A stretch of DNA of 64,000 bases from a virus. Its lineage: Duplodnaviria > Heunggongvirae > Uroviricota > Caudoviricetes. Under the pieces are notes generated by a model that worked only from the letters and a program-made list of their open reading frames with translations, had not been told where the DNA came from and did no database searches. The DNA lies in IMG/VR virus record IMGVR_UViG_2879469214_000007, positions 1-64,000 of that record. One strand, written 5' to 3'. Position 1 is the first letter of the stretch. Each line of letters starts with the position of its first letter. Below are positions 18,021 to 26,817 of the stretch, in pieces. A program made the position numbers and the translations under genes.

Positions 18021-18506
18021 ATGATTAAAGAACAATTGACTATCGACATGAAAGAAGCAATGAAAAACGACAAGGCGGCACTGCCTACAATTCGCATGAT
18101 TAAGGCGGCTATTCAGCGTAAAGAACAGGACATGAAGGATGAAGCTATCCGTAAAGGGACTGACATCGAATTGCTTTCAGATGAAGGTGTAGTGGCTGTG
18201 ATTCAGACCTTCAAGAAGCAAACTGAGGAAGAAATTGCCGCATTCGAAAAGGCAGGAAATACTGAGCGTGTTGCGGAACTCAATGAAAGCCTGAAACGCA
18301 TTGTGAAGTATCTTCCTGCTCAAATGAGCAAAGAAGATGTTGTTAGTGCAGTGTGGGGAATCTTTGACGAGATGGTGAAACAAGCTGGATTCAGCGCCCC
18401 TGAGATTGGAAAGGGTGATATGATGAAGGAAGCAATGCAACAACTAAAAGGCAAAGCAGAGAATCGCATGATTAGTGAAGCTGTGAATGAACTATTTAAA
18501 AGATAA
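18021..18506 (+). CDS. GatB/YqeY domain protein
   Basis: IKEQLTIDMKEAMKNDKAALPTIRMIKAAIQRKEQD matches the YqeY/GatB C-terminal-like domain family. Confidence 0.55.
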   Translation: MIKEQLTIDMKEAMKNDKAALPTIRMIKAAIQRKEQDMKDEAIRKGTDIELLSDEGVVAVIQTFKKQTEEEIAAFEKAGNTERVAELNESLKRIVKYLPAQMSKEDVVSAVWGIFDEMVKQAGFSAPEIGKGDMMKEAMQQLKGKAENRMISEAVNELFKR

Positions 18507-18522
18507 TGACGGAGGGGTTTGG

Positions 18523-18840
18523 ATGAATCGGGTTTATTTCGGAGTTCGTAAAGAAGGCAGGACTATTGTAACGGTAGAGAAGGATTTGAAGGTAAATATC
18601 TTGCCGGGTGCTACACAACAATCCCCTACTGGTTATGACTGGGGGTACAATGGAAGTGCTCCTGCTGACTTAGCCCATTCCATCCTGACCGATGCCGTTG
18701 GCACAGAACTGGCAGAGGAATACTACCAAGAGTTTGTTGACATCATTGCCGGATTCCAGAAAGATGAATGGTCGCTTAGCAAGCGTCAAATATTAGACTG
18801 GTTCAATAAAAAGGGCGTGGATGTTGGTGCTAACGGATGA
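18523..18840 (+). CDS. hypothetical protein
   Basis: Start taken at ATG 18523 (MNRVYFG), which has SD GGAGGGG upstream. Confidence 0.35.
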   Translation: MNRVYFGVRKEGRTIVTVEKDLKVNILPGATQQSPTGYDWGYNGSAPADLAHSILTDAVGTELAEEYYQEFVDIIAGFQKDEWSLSKRQILDWFNKKGVDVGANG

Positions 18841-18977
18841 AAGGGAGAAAATCAGGATAGAGGTATATACTGTATTGGCTAATTTAGGTTACACTAGTAA
18901 GGGACATGACTTTGTTCAAGAGCTTCTTATGAGTAGAGACAAATGCGGTTCAATTAAAAATAACAGTGAGGTTCCTG

Positions 18978-19598
18978 ATGAAATTTAACATCGAAAATAC
19001 TGAATATGAAATAGGAAGCCATATGTTCCCGGTCGCTGATTCTAGCGACTTAAGGGCGTATGACTATTCAAATACAGAATCATTTAGTAATGATGATTTA
19101 AGTAGAATAATAGACATTAACGATTTTGAAATCGGTCATTGCTACACGAATGCAGAAAAAATACGCATGATTTGCGAACGGTTTGAGATTCCTGTTGAAT
19201 ACTTTGCCGGATGGATTTTTGTTCCTAATCAAGAGATGCCGCTTCACCATGCATGGGCAGTAATAGATAACAAGTACCTAATTGATATGGGCTTTAGTGA
19301 GCGTGACTTGAAGTTCCAGAAGAAGATTCAGGGCGACCCTAATTGGAGAGAGCGATTTGCAGAGGAAACAGCACGCCGCAGAGCGACTATCCGCAGAAGC
19401 AAAGATTGTGTAATGGGTAAGGTGCCGGGAGGTCTGCTATATGTGGGTTCTCCTGATGAAGTAGAGAATGCACGAAAAATTTTCAGGGACTTAATCAAGA
19501 AGTATCCTAAGCACATCTCCTACAGAAGAAAAGGCATGGACCCAACAGGCGCTTCTCCAATACAGAAGATGGTTTGGCGTATGGAAGGCGAGATATAA
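18978..19598 (+). CDS. transglutaminase-like (papain-fold Cys-His-Asp) protein, paralog A
   Basis: Cys in IGHCYTNAE, His in LHHAWAVID and Asp in YLIDMGF follow the order of a transglutaminase-like triad. It is a paralog of the 22920-23357 gene. Confidence 0.35.
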   Translation: MKFNIENTEYEIGSHMFPVADSSDLRAYDYSNTESFSNDDLSRIIDINDFEIGHCYTNAEKIRMICERFEIPVEYFAGWIFVPNQEMPLHHAWAVIDNKYLIDMGFSERDLKFQKKIQGDPNWRERFAEETARRRATIRRSKDCVMGKVPGGLLYVGSPDEVENARKIFRDLIKKYPKHISYRRKGMDPTGASPIQKMVWRMEGEI

Positions 19599-19603
19599 TA
19601 ATT

Positions 19604-19638
19604 GACTTTATCCGTTCATTCGGGTAAGGTCTTTTTTT
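19604..19638 (+). terminator. rho-independent terminator
   Basis: 11-bp stem GACTTTATCCG/CGGGTAAGGTC with two G-U pairs, loop TTCATT, then T7. Confidence 0.6.
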
Positions 19639-19826
19639 CATTTTAGGGCGCATAAGAATGATGGGTAAGAGAAAAAGTAACTAAGTGTTAGCATATAATA
19701 ATCTATTGTGAAATATTCATATAGTGCAAGATTCATATATAATAATATTTAAGAACATTTGTTCCTCTACGGTGCTGGAAGTGGTATATTATTATACGAT
19801 AATCTCATATGATGGAGGACTAACTA

Positions 19827-20017
19827 TGCCCAAGACTCTGCCGCAATTCAAGTCTTTAGATGAAGCCATCGCTTATTACAAAATGTATGGAGAGCTGAAA
19901 TACTTCGGGCGTGCCGGAGAAAGATATGAATATTGCGTTTACAACTACCATGTCAGAGATGGTCGTACACTTGGAATCAACATATATGATGATGGTAAGG
20001 TTGAATTACGTAATTAA
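19827..20017 (+). CDS. hypothetical small protein
   Basis: ATG at 19827 with SD GGAGGAC upstream (MPKTLPQF...). The longer track ORF starting at 19724 is unlikely. Confidence 0.4.
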
Positions 20018-20091
20018 TAGCGCCTAAAAATATAATATTTGACTCTTGATTTTAAAACTTAAAAAAGTTACAATATTTAGTCATTTCTTAA

Positions 20092-20120
20092 TTGACCAAT
20101 GGAATATTTAGGAATATAAT
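20092..20120 (+). promoter_or_regulatory. sigma-A-type promoter TTGACC-17-TATAAT
   Basis: Near-consensus -35 and -10 boxes, 25 nt upstream of the SD/GTG start of the 279-aa gene. Confidence 0.55.
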
Positions 20121-20152
20121 GGATATAAAATTGGAATAAGGAGGAATGGCTA

Positions 20153-20992
20153 GTGGGGGACTTACAAATTCAAAATATCACCAACTTGGACTACCTTGTG
20201 CAAATGACACAGATGGCTTATAAAACAGAGCAGTTCGAGCGAGTCATACATATTGCCGAACACCTCTACTCATGTGCCCATGATACGTATAAACAGGTGC
20301 AGTTTCTTAAGGCAAAAAACAAGAAAAAGCGGCTCAATATTAACAGACCGCTTGTATACTATTTTGGCATATCTCACTTGCTCAAAGGTCTTGCCTTACA
20401 AAAGCTAGAGCGCTACCATGAGTCCCTAGAGTGCATTGATAAGTACCAAGAACTTGGCTGGTTCATTGGTCTGGATGCTGATGGTCAAGTTGTAGTAGAC
20501 GATTTTCGAATGTTTGCACAAGCAAACAGATATTCTGTTCATATTCTGATGGGTAACAAAGAGGTATTAGATGAATATATTACTTTCCTACTAGACCATC
20601 CCGAAGAAATCATTCCAGAGTGCATAACTATCTTGGAAGCCGCAATAGCACATGGCTGGCAAATAGACGAGTACCTTGAGAAGATACTTCCCTATAACGA
20701 ATCATTCGCCTTGCTTGAAGAAGCTGAGAATGTAAGCTTATTTGTGCATTACATGTATTGCCTTGCTTTATATAGAATGCCTTTGTGTAAAAGTGATGCA
20801 ATAGATGCATTAATTAGAGGTATTGCAGTTTCCTGTAAAATAGAGCTTGAAGCCGGTTTCCGGAAATGCTGTGCGCTTTTTGAGTCACTTAGGGATTCCG
20901 CCACAGAGAACCAGGTTGTCCAGTATAAAAATATATTAAAAGGAGTGATATCCAATGAAAAAAACTATGCTTATATTAGCTGTCATGTGTAG
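20153..20992 (+). CDS. helical (TPR/RNPP-like?) putative peptide-sensing regulator
   Basis: 279-aa protein predicted to be mostly helical and rich in L/Y/E/K. It has a GTG start with SD AAGGAGG. A signal-peptide micro-ORF overlaps its 3' end, which is the typical RNPP receptor/peptide layout. Confidence 0.35.
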   Translation: MGDLQIQNITNLDYLVQMTQMAYKTEQFERVIHIAEHLYSCAHDTYKQVQFLKAKNKKKRLNINRPLVYYFGISHLLKGLALQKLERYHESLECIDKYQELGWFIGLDADGQVVVDDFRMFAQANRYSVHILMGNKEVLDEYITFLLDHPEEIIPECITILEAAIAHGWQIDEYLEKILPYNESFALLEEAENVSLFVHYMYCLALYRMPLCKSDAIDALIRGIAVSCKIELEAGFRKCCALFESLRDSATENQVVQYKNILKGVISNEKNYAYISCHV

Positions 20993-21068
20993 CTTTGCTT
21001 TCATCTCCTTTGTAGGTACAAGCACGACGACTACTTATACTACGAGTAACCACGGTTCAGGCTACTAA
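20955..21068 (+). CDS. secreted pro-peptide (37 aa), candidate signalling peptide
   Basis: MKKTMLILAVMCSFAFISFVG is a signal peptide, followed by TSTTTTYTTSNHGSGY. SD AGGAG lies 9 nt upstream. It overlaps the receptor gene by 38 nt. It is absent from the ORF track because it is under 60 aa. Confidence 0.45.
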   Translation: MKKTMLILAVMCSFAFISFVGTSTTTTYTTSNHGSGY

Positions 21069-21072
21069 AGAT

Positions 21073-21100
21073 TGACTTGTTTAATCCTACATGTTAATAT
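21073..21100 (+). promoter_or_regulatory. sigma-A-type promoter TTGACT-16-TAATAT immediately downstream of the peptide gene
   Basis: The -35 box TTGACT is at 21073 and the -10 box TAATAT is at 21095. Confidence 0.45.
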
Positions 21101-21148
21101 GATTTTGCTTGCTGTTGGGGGCGTATATTTATATACCCGCAACGGACC

Positions 21149-21176
21149 AATCCCCTGAAATATGGGGATTTTTTAT
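21149..21176 (+). terminator. intrinsic terminator / attenuator in the leader of the 21207 gene
   Basis: AATCCCC-TGAAATAT-GGGGATT followed by T6. It lies only about 50 nt downstream of the predicted transcription start. Confidence 0.5.
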
Positions 21177-21206
21177 TTTAATCTACACGTCTCAGGAGGG
21201 GTTATT

Positions 21207-21425
21207 ATGTTCGAAGAAGAAGATGAAGTCAGGTATTGCCCTGTGTGCGAAGATGACCAAGAGCTAGATGAAATAGAAGAAGATGTTTTTGCTTGTGCTG
21301 TTTGCGGATACATCAGCGATTCTGATTTCAATCCTATGAGCGACTATGACCCTAATATTGAAGACCCTGAAGAGTTAGCTGAGAAGATTGCTAGAGATGC
21401 AGAGAAAGCCGCAGATAGATGGTGA
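21207..21425 (+). CDS. acidic zinc-ribbon protein
   Basis: ATG at 21207 with SD AGGAGGGG upstream. The sequence carries CPVCEDD...CAVCGY, and the protein is very acidic. Confidence 0.45.
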   Translation: MFEEEDEVRYCPVCEDDQELDEIEEDVFACAVCGYISDSDFNPMSDYDPNIEDPEELAEKIARDAEKAADRW

Positions 21426-21454
21426 TATATATATGAAAAATCATGGAGCACCGA

Positions 21455-21490
21455 CCACCAGAAGATAAAAAATCTTCCGGTGGTTTTTTA
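21455..21490 (+). terminator. rho-independent terminator
   Basis: CCACCAGAAG...CTTCCGGTGG stem followed by T6. Confidence 0.6.
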
Positions 21491-21635
21491 TTAATTAATA
21501 AGACCTAATTTTTGGACTATTTCACAAAGATAGGATTTTGTACATATGTATTGTGTAAAATTTAATTGTACACAATGTAATTTTTGGCGTAAAAAAAGAA
21601 CCGCCATCATCGTAAATACGATAGCGATTTCTTTC

Positions 21636-21965
21636 TTACTCTTCTTTGTTTTTTACATCATAGACAACTTGGATGCCCCTTGCATTCCCATTTAAGTATC
21701 CTTGTTCATAGAAATCAATTCCATCAGGAGTTATTGTGACCGCTACAGCTTCGCTGTCATTATCGACTGGCTTAGCTACTATATATTTTCTTTCTAACAA
21801 ATATGCTATCGCCCTATGTTTTTCTATGTGTTCTGTTTGGTAAAATGCGCTTTTAGGAGCAATTACAGAAGCAGTTTTTTCAAACCATGATGAATAAATT
21901 TCTGCAATAATATCGTAACGCTCTTGTATTCTTTCTTTTATGCTTATTTCCAGCTTGTCAATCAT
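21636..21965 (-). CDS. hypothetical protein
   Basis: 109-aa ORF with SD GGAGGAAATC upstream on the minus strand. Confidence 0.4.
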   Translation of the reverse strand: MIDKLEISIKERIQERYDIIAEIYSSWFEKTASVIAPKSAFYQTEHIEKHRAIAYLLERKYIVAKPVDNDSEAVAVTITPDGIDFYEQGYLNGNARGIQVVYDVKNKEE

Positions 21966-22024
21966 TCTGATTTCCTCCTTTAATTAACCAAAGGAAGCCT
22001 TGTGGAAAAGGCTTCCTAAATTTA

Positions 22025-22612
22025 TTATTTCACTTCCGGTTCATCGGATATGATTACTCCTCCACCATCATAACCTTTTTGCGCCGAAGTGAGCAAATGA
22101 GCAATATGTGTTCCACTGCCGCTAGTGCCACCTAAGTATGTTACCGTACCTGTTACTTTGATACGATATTGCCCCTTTTCAGAGATACGGAATGTTTTTT
22201 CATCCCCTGCTTGACTACCTAAACCACCTGAATAAACGAAAGGGTGGCTATCAATAGTCTCCCAAGTAAAGTCAAGGAAACTTGTTCTGTATTGAAGCTC
22301 CATATTTAAATTAATAAAGCTAACCATTTTACCGGGATTTGAATAGTTCCAACTACCAGTAACAGCTCCAAAGCGCGGGTCAGAGATATCAACAGTAAAA
22401 GGGCTAGTTGCCTGTATTTCTACATTGTCATTCCCCGGAGCGGCTGTGACTGCCGGTACCTGACCGCTTTCATTTACTGAGATAATTGGTGATTGGTAAT
22501 CAATACTAGGAACTCGGCTCTCGTCTACTGTTGATGCTGACGCTAATCCTGTAGGAATTAGTAAAAATACCAACATCATTGCCATGAGTAAACCTGTAAG
22601 TCTTTTTTTCAT
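22025..22612 (-). CDS. secreted protein with signal peptide
   Basis: MKKRLTGLLMAMMLVFLLIPTGLASAS is a signal peptide. The mature part is Gly/Ser/Thr-rich. Confidence 0.5.
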   Translation of the reverse strand: MKKRLTGLLMAMMLVFLLIPTGLASASTVDESRVPSIDYQSPIISVNESGQVPAVTAAPGNDNVEIQATSPFTVDISDPRFGAVTGSWNYSNPGKMVSFINLNMELQYRTSFLDFTWETIDSHPFVYSGGLGSQAGDEKTFRISEKGQYRIKVTGTVTYLGGTSGSGTHIAHLLTSAQKGYDGGGVIISDEPEVK

Positions 22613-22919
22613 TTTTGACTTGCACCTCTTTCTTGGATTTATGAGATAACTATATTTGGATTTTTATAGAAGTTCAATACATTTTAATCCTTATAAGGAA
22701 AAATGATTCTTTGGGTAAAATATAAGACAAATTCATCTAGGTTTCGACATTTTATTTATTGATTATTTCGTCGATTACTGTAAGTTAGTAATGTATTGTT
22801 GATGTTTGAGTCGATTTTTAGATTCTAAAGACAAAAAAATAGCCTACCCCTGACTGTAAGGGATAGACTCATTGGCATAAAATAATGTCGAATTAATCTC
22901 ATACTAGCATGTATATGTG

Positions 22920-23357
22920 TTAGCCTACAAGTATCATGTGATTAGACCTTGCCCACTCCTGCATTGCTTTTTCCTTTTCTCGAAGCGGTTTCTCAAGGTC
23001 TGGAATAAACTTGTTTTTCTCAACCCATCGCGCATATCGGGTAATGTCATTAAATATATAAAAAGACGTGTGCTCCTTAACGTCTCCTGAGTATAAGTTG
23101 TCATGCGTAAAGTACGTTGGGTCGATTGCTTCCCCATCAGCATTAACAATAAAGCAGTGACGAGCCATAAGGTTCGCTTCTGGCGAAATGCGAATATACC
23201 CATAAGCGACTTTCCACTCTTTGCCGTGGAACTTCTCCGCGAACTCAACCGCTGTATAATAAATATTTGTGTAGCATTCTTTTGGTTTAAGCATATCTTG
23301 GCACTCGTTATACACCTCAAGTGACAAATCATGATTAAACGGATGTTGCTTAATCAT
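22920..23357 (-). CDS. transglutaminase-like (Cys-His-Asp) protein, paralog B
   Basis: Cys in KECYTNIYY, His in MARHCFIVN and Asp in ADGEAIDPT follow the same order as in the 18978 gene. Confidence 0.35.
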   Translation of the reverse strand: MIKQHPFNHDLSLEVYNECQDMLKPKECYTNIYYTAVEFAEKFHGKEWKVAYGYIRISPEANLMARHCFIVNADGEAIDPTYFTHDNLYSGDVKEHTSFYIFNDITRYARWVEKNKFIPDLEKPLREKEKAMQEWARSNHMILVG

Positions 23358-23428
23358 CCCACAGCCCCCTGTTTTTCTAAATTTTCCCCTGTTGAAGTAA
23401 TTTTAATACATTAAGAAATTCCCCTAAT

Positions 23429-23764
23429 TTAGCGAAAAAATTCTCTGTATTTTTCACAACATGGGAGCTGTTCAGAAACGCCTTTGCAAGCTCCTACTCG
23501 AACAGCATCGCTTAAGTCTTCTGGAACAGAACTTATATCGTGAGGATATATCAATTCCCATCCTTTATTATTTCGAATATAATAAAAAAGTGTATAATCA
23601 TCGTTTTGTTCGTCGCCAAAATAGATACGAAACGACATTTTATTATTAGTGAAGGTATTACCTCGCTCTGTTCTCGCACTATTATAGGAAGTACAATTAT
23701 TACACATGGGCAAGATTGTCTCCTTTTCAATAAAACCAGACCGCCACAAGTAACAGTCTAACAA
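23429..23764 (-). CDS. Cys-rich hypothetical protein
   Basis: 111-aa ORF with seven Cys residues. Confidence 0.3.
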   Translation of the reverse strand: MLDCYLWRSGFIEKETILPMCNNCTSYNSARTERGNTFTNNKMSFRIYFGDEQNDDYTLFYYIRNNKGWELIYPHDISSVPEDLSDAVRVGACKGVSEQLPCCEKYREFFR

Positions 23765-23781
23765 TTGATTATAATTTTAAA

Positions 23782-23886
23782 TTAGTGCTTATTCTTCTGT
23801 TTAATAAGGTAAATTAATACCCCGGACACAGCGCCACACACAAACCAGTATGAGTTAAGGAAGGCTTCCGTTGCTTCTGAAACCAT
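23782..23886 (-). CDS. small hydrophobic peptide (34 aa) with basic C-terminus
   Basis: MVSEATEAFLNSYWFVCGAVSGVLIYLIKQKNKH. It is not in the ORF track because it is under 60 aa. Confidence 0.25.
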   Translation of the reverse strand: MVSEATEAFLNSYWFVCGAVSGVLIYLIKQKNKH

Positions 23887-23904
23887 AGTTCCGAACGGTT
23901 GCAA

Positions 23905-23934
23905 TTGACTTCACCCTCCCCCTGTTGGTATAAT
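23905..23934 (+). promoter_or_regulatory. sigma-A promoter TTGACT-18-TATAAT
   Basis: Consensus -35 and -10 boxes. With the terminator at 24151-24186 it defines a roughly 240-nt transcript antisense to a tiny toxin-like ORF. Confidence 0.45.
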
Positions 23935-24046
23935 TAAGCCATAATCGTTATATGATAAAGGCAAGGGACAAGTACATAGCCCGTTGGGTTGTTACTTCGT
24001 CACTAACAGCGGAAGTAATCCATCAACTTGTCAGGGTTGGGGTGGA

Positions 24047-24148
24047 TTACTTCTTTTTTGCGTTCATATCTTTAAGGATTTTAGCTAACACTTTCATTAG
24101 CGTAACCGTAAAGGTTGCTCCTGCAATAAAGTAAGTCACTTTATCCAT
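24047..24148 (-). CDS. small hydrophobic peptide (33 aa), type-I-toxin-like
   Basis: MDKVTYFIAGATFTVTLMKVLAKILKDMNAKKK. SD GGGGGTGAGAG lies 4 nt upstream of the ATG. A plus-strand transcript runs fully antisense to it. Confidence 0.3.
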   Translation of the reverse strand: MDKVTYFIAGATFTVTLMKVLAKILKDMNAKKK

Positions 24149-24150
24149 AT

Positions 24151-24186
24151 ACTCTCACCCCCTTGCCCGTAGAGTGAGAGTTTTCC
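24151..24186 (+). terminator. rho-independent terminator
   Basis: ACTCTCAC...GTGAGAGT stem followed by TTTT. Confidence 0.5.
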
Positions 24187-24262
24187 CCAACACTATGTAC
24201 TTGTCTTACTGAATATTATACAATGAAGATAGCATATTTGTCCAAGAGGAGTTGCAAATTCA

Positions 24263-25606
24263 ATGGCACGATTAACAAAAGATGAACTTAGAAAGTCGCG
24301 TTGTAGAAACGGAGCGCATGGTACTATTGCTAGAGTCGAAAATTATACTCCAGAAGATATTATAATAAATACCTATCTACATACTGATAATGAGGTAGCA
24401 TTGGAGCTAGCAAAGAAATATGAATACATGCTTCTCACTGCTAAGTTACAACCTAAAAAATATATCAAGGAAAGAGATAATCTATTTTTAGACTTAGCGA
24501 AGTGGATTCATGATAACAAGCTGTACCGTGAATGGGTTGATTTTGTTTATTTCGTCCACTCTCGCGGTAGCCGACTCATTGAAATCCTCTCAAGTGCCTA
24601 TATGTCTGAAATGATGGAGTCTTGGAACTACTTAACCGGATATGATGGCACCAACATTATCGGTCTTACATCTCAAAACGAGTTGATTATAGCGCCAGAA
24701 TACTACGGCGACTGGGATATAGAGCTTCATGAGATGTATAAAAAGCTTGAAAAAAATAAAATAAGCAAAGAAAAGTACGCCGAGTTCTTTTTCGGACCCA
24801 ACGGGCAAAAGAATTTTAGCACTGAGCGGAACGAAAGTCTTGCCGACATCGCTATTTTTGGTATGATTCCGTACATTAATGAGCGCACGACGAATATTGT
24901 TCCAAAGGACTTCTATCCTCATGCGGAAGCTGATAGGCTTACCCCAGCCCGTAAGTGGAAACCCACGGAGTTTTATAAAGAGCAACTTCAATCAAGGAAG
25001 TATCTTATAGACCGCAAGGGTATAAAATTATACTTGAAGAATGCGGGGAACTGGTCAGAGGCTATGCTTATGGAGGACGTGACCAAGAGCGGACAAATTG
25101 TAATGCTCTATCGTCTATCTAATCCAGAGGGCAGTACCTATGGATTCTATAACCTACAGGATGACTATTTCTTTTCCTGCTATAAATACTCAGATGGACC
25201 TCAGCTCCACTTAGAAATCGAAAATTTGATTCTTGAGCTGTACACAGAGGTTGTTTGCGGCTTAGAAATAGATGTTAAGCGTGCCTATGGCATTCAGGAA
25301 GTTGAAGATATCTCTAATACCGAAGGGCACCGCTCCACTCGCCTATTCGTCCAGTATCAGCAATATAACGAGAAAACTGATTCGGCTGAGCTAAAAGGCA
25401 AGCGTAAAGGTGGGCACACTCAGCGACCTCATGAGCGGCGCTATGCGCTTCGTAAGCTATCAGGTAATCGTGTTGCTTCTGATGAAGCTATTGAGCGCGC
25501 AAAAGAGCTAGGTATCGAGCTACAGGAAGGCTACACCTTCGTTCAATCGTACAGCGTTGGTGGACTTAAAGACATTCGTAAAGAAATCAAGGGCGGCTCC
25601 AAGTGA
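24263..25606 (+). CDS. hypothetical protein (447 aa)
   Basis: Long ORF with SD AGGAG upstream. No recognised motif. Confidence 0.45.
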   Translation: MARLTKDELRKSRCRNGAHGTIARVENYTPEDIIINTYLHTDNEVALELAKKYEYMLLTAKLQPKKYIKERDNLFLDLAKWIHDNKLYREWVDFVYFVHSRGSRLIEILSSAYMSEMMESWNYLTGYDGTNIIGLTSQNELIIAPEYYGDWDIELHEMYKKLEKNKISKEKYAEFFFGPNGQKNFSTERNESLADIAIFGMIPYINERTTNIVPKDFYPHAEADRLTPARKWKPTEFYKEQLQSRKYLIDRKGIKLYLKNAGNWSEAMLMEDVTKSGQIVMLYRLSNPEGSTYGFYNLQDDYFFSCYKYSDGPQLHLEIENLILELYTEVVCGLEIDVKRAYGIQEVEDISNTEGHRSTRLFVQYQQYNEKTDSAELKGKRKGGHTQRPHERRYALRKLSGNRVASDEAIERAKELGIELQEGYTFVQSYSVGGLKDIRKEIKGGSK

Positions 25607-25791
25607 GCCGTCTTTACTTTTGTCTATATAGAAGATATTGCCTTTGACTTTAGAGCCATATAAATATATTATTACACCCTATTTAGGGATTTCACATTTA
25701 TTCATACATAGCGTTAAAAAAGCTGAGTGTTTGTCCGAAATACAACAAAACTCGAAAGTATCAACGAAGTCCAACCTACGAATAAGCAGAG

Positions 25792-26109
25792 GTGGTCAGA
25801 GTAGAGATTATTATGAGATTTAACACCATATTATTCTTGAAGTATGATGGGAACAGGCGTGGTGTATTAATTACTTCCTATAAAGGAACAGCATTTCGTC
25901 CGGGTAGCTTTAATTTTTGGGTTACGAAACTTAAGGAGGAACACTCTTTCAGCCTTGAAAAAGCTGACAGGAACATAGCTGTCAATATAGATGAAATACA
26001 GGAGGTTAAAGTTGAACGATTTAAAATAGTTGTCAAATTTAAAGATGAGCTAGAGTGCCCTATATCAGAGACTTTTCACAGACACCTAAAAAGAATAGGT
26101 AAAGCATAA
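25792..26109 (+). CDS. hypothetical protein, possible LytTR-like DNA-binding domain
   Basis: The C-terminal part (FSLEKADRNIAVNIDEIQEV) resembles the LytTR F-x-R-x-H-R-S-x-IVN-x-x-I core. The match is weak. Confidence 0.25.
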   Translation: MVRVEIIMRFNTILFLKYDGNRRGVLITSYKGTAFRPGSFNFWVTKLKEEHSFSLEKADRNIAVNIDEIQEVKVERFKIVVKFKDELECPISETFHRHLKRIGKA

Positions 26110-26137
26110 AAGCCCAGCTTCCTAGTTGGGCTTTATG
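26109..26137. terminator. bidirectional terminator between convergent genes
   Basis: AGCCCAGC-TTCCTAG-TTGGGCTTT hairpin with T-runs on both sides. Confidence 0.45.
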
Positions 26138-26271
26138 TCTCTGATTTAATTATCATTACATATAGTATTTGTCAATACAATATCAGGTCAATGAAAGCGT
26201 TTGCTTGTGTACCGCAAATTAATTTTACATTCAGTTTACTAAACCTCATAATGGTAGTAAGAATTAAAGAA

Positions 26272-26727
26272 TTAACCCTTAGCTTGATATAGCTCGACTA
26301 ATCTATTCAACTCTCTAATGTGATGCATAAACTTTGACGAAAGAACACCTAAGTCATGAGAGTTACCATCTTTAGAGGTCCGTACAACCTCACGAGCATA
26401 ATCCTGAAAGAACTTTAGCTCTGTTAGCATTTCCTCATGGCGTTCTTCCCAGCCAGCAACAGGTTGTATCTCACTGAACTGCTCATAGGTGTCAGTGAAT
26501 GTATCGTAATCCTTCTGTGCCGGTTCTGCCATTTGAGTATATTTAGAATTGTCTTTGGTAAATATACTCACGTTGTCCATCATATTATCAACGGTATCCA
26601 ATGTATCTGCTACTGCTTCGTTTGTTTGTTGAAAATACTCTTCATCAGTGAGTGCTTTCTTTTCACCACATCCGGCTAGCACTGTAACTAACAAAACGAG
26701 TGTAATCAAATATTTGATTTTAAGCAT
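26272..26727 (-). CDS. lipoprotein
   Basis: MLKIKYLITLVLLVTVLAGC contains a lipobox (LAGC). Confidence 0.55.
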   Translation of the reverse strand: MLKIKYLITLVLLVTVLAGCGEKKALTDEEYFQQTNEAVADTLDTVDNMMDNVSIFTKDNSKYTQMAEPAQKDYDTFTDTYEQFSEIQPVAGWEERHEEMLTELKFFQDYAREVVRTSKDGNSHDLGVLSSKFMHHIRELNRLVELYQAKG

Positions 26728-26817
26728 TTTGGGTATCTCCCTTTATGTATTTTTTCGATTCCGTATATATTATTATACCATATTACTCCAATTTCAGTAT
26801 ATAAAAAAAGACACCCA

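Noticed and set aside
19724-20017. 97-aa ORF starting at 19724
   Set aside because: The upstream part runs through an AT-rich promoter-like region and has no SD. ATG at 19827 has SD GGAGGAC, so the 63-aa product is preferred.
22613-22919. 300-nt AT-rich ORF-free spacer with GTCGATT words, considered as a repeat or operator array
   Set aside because: The GTCGATTT 8-mer occurs only about 4 times in 64 kb, which is near the chance expectation for this AT-rich sequence. The spacer is more simply the promoter/leader region of the secreted-protein gene.
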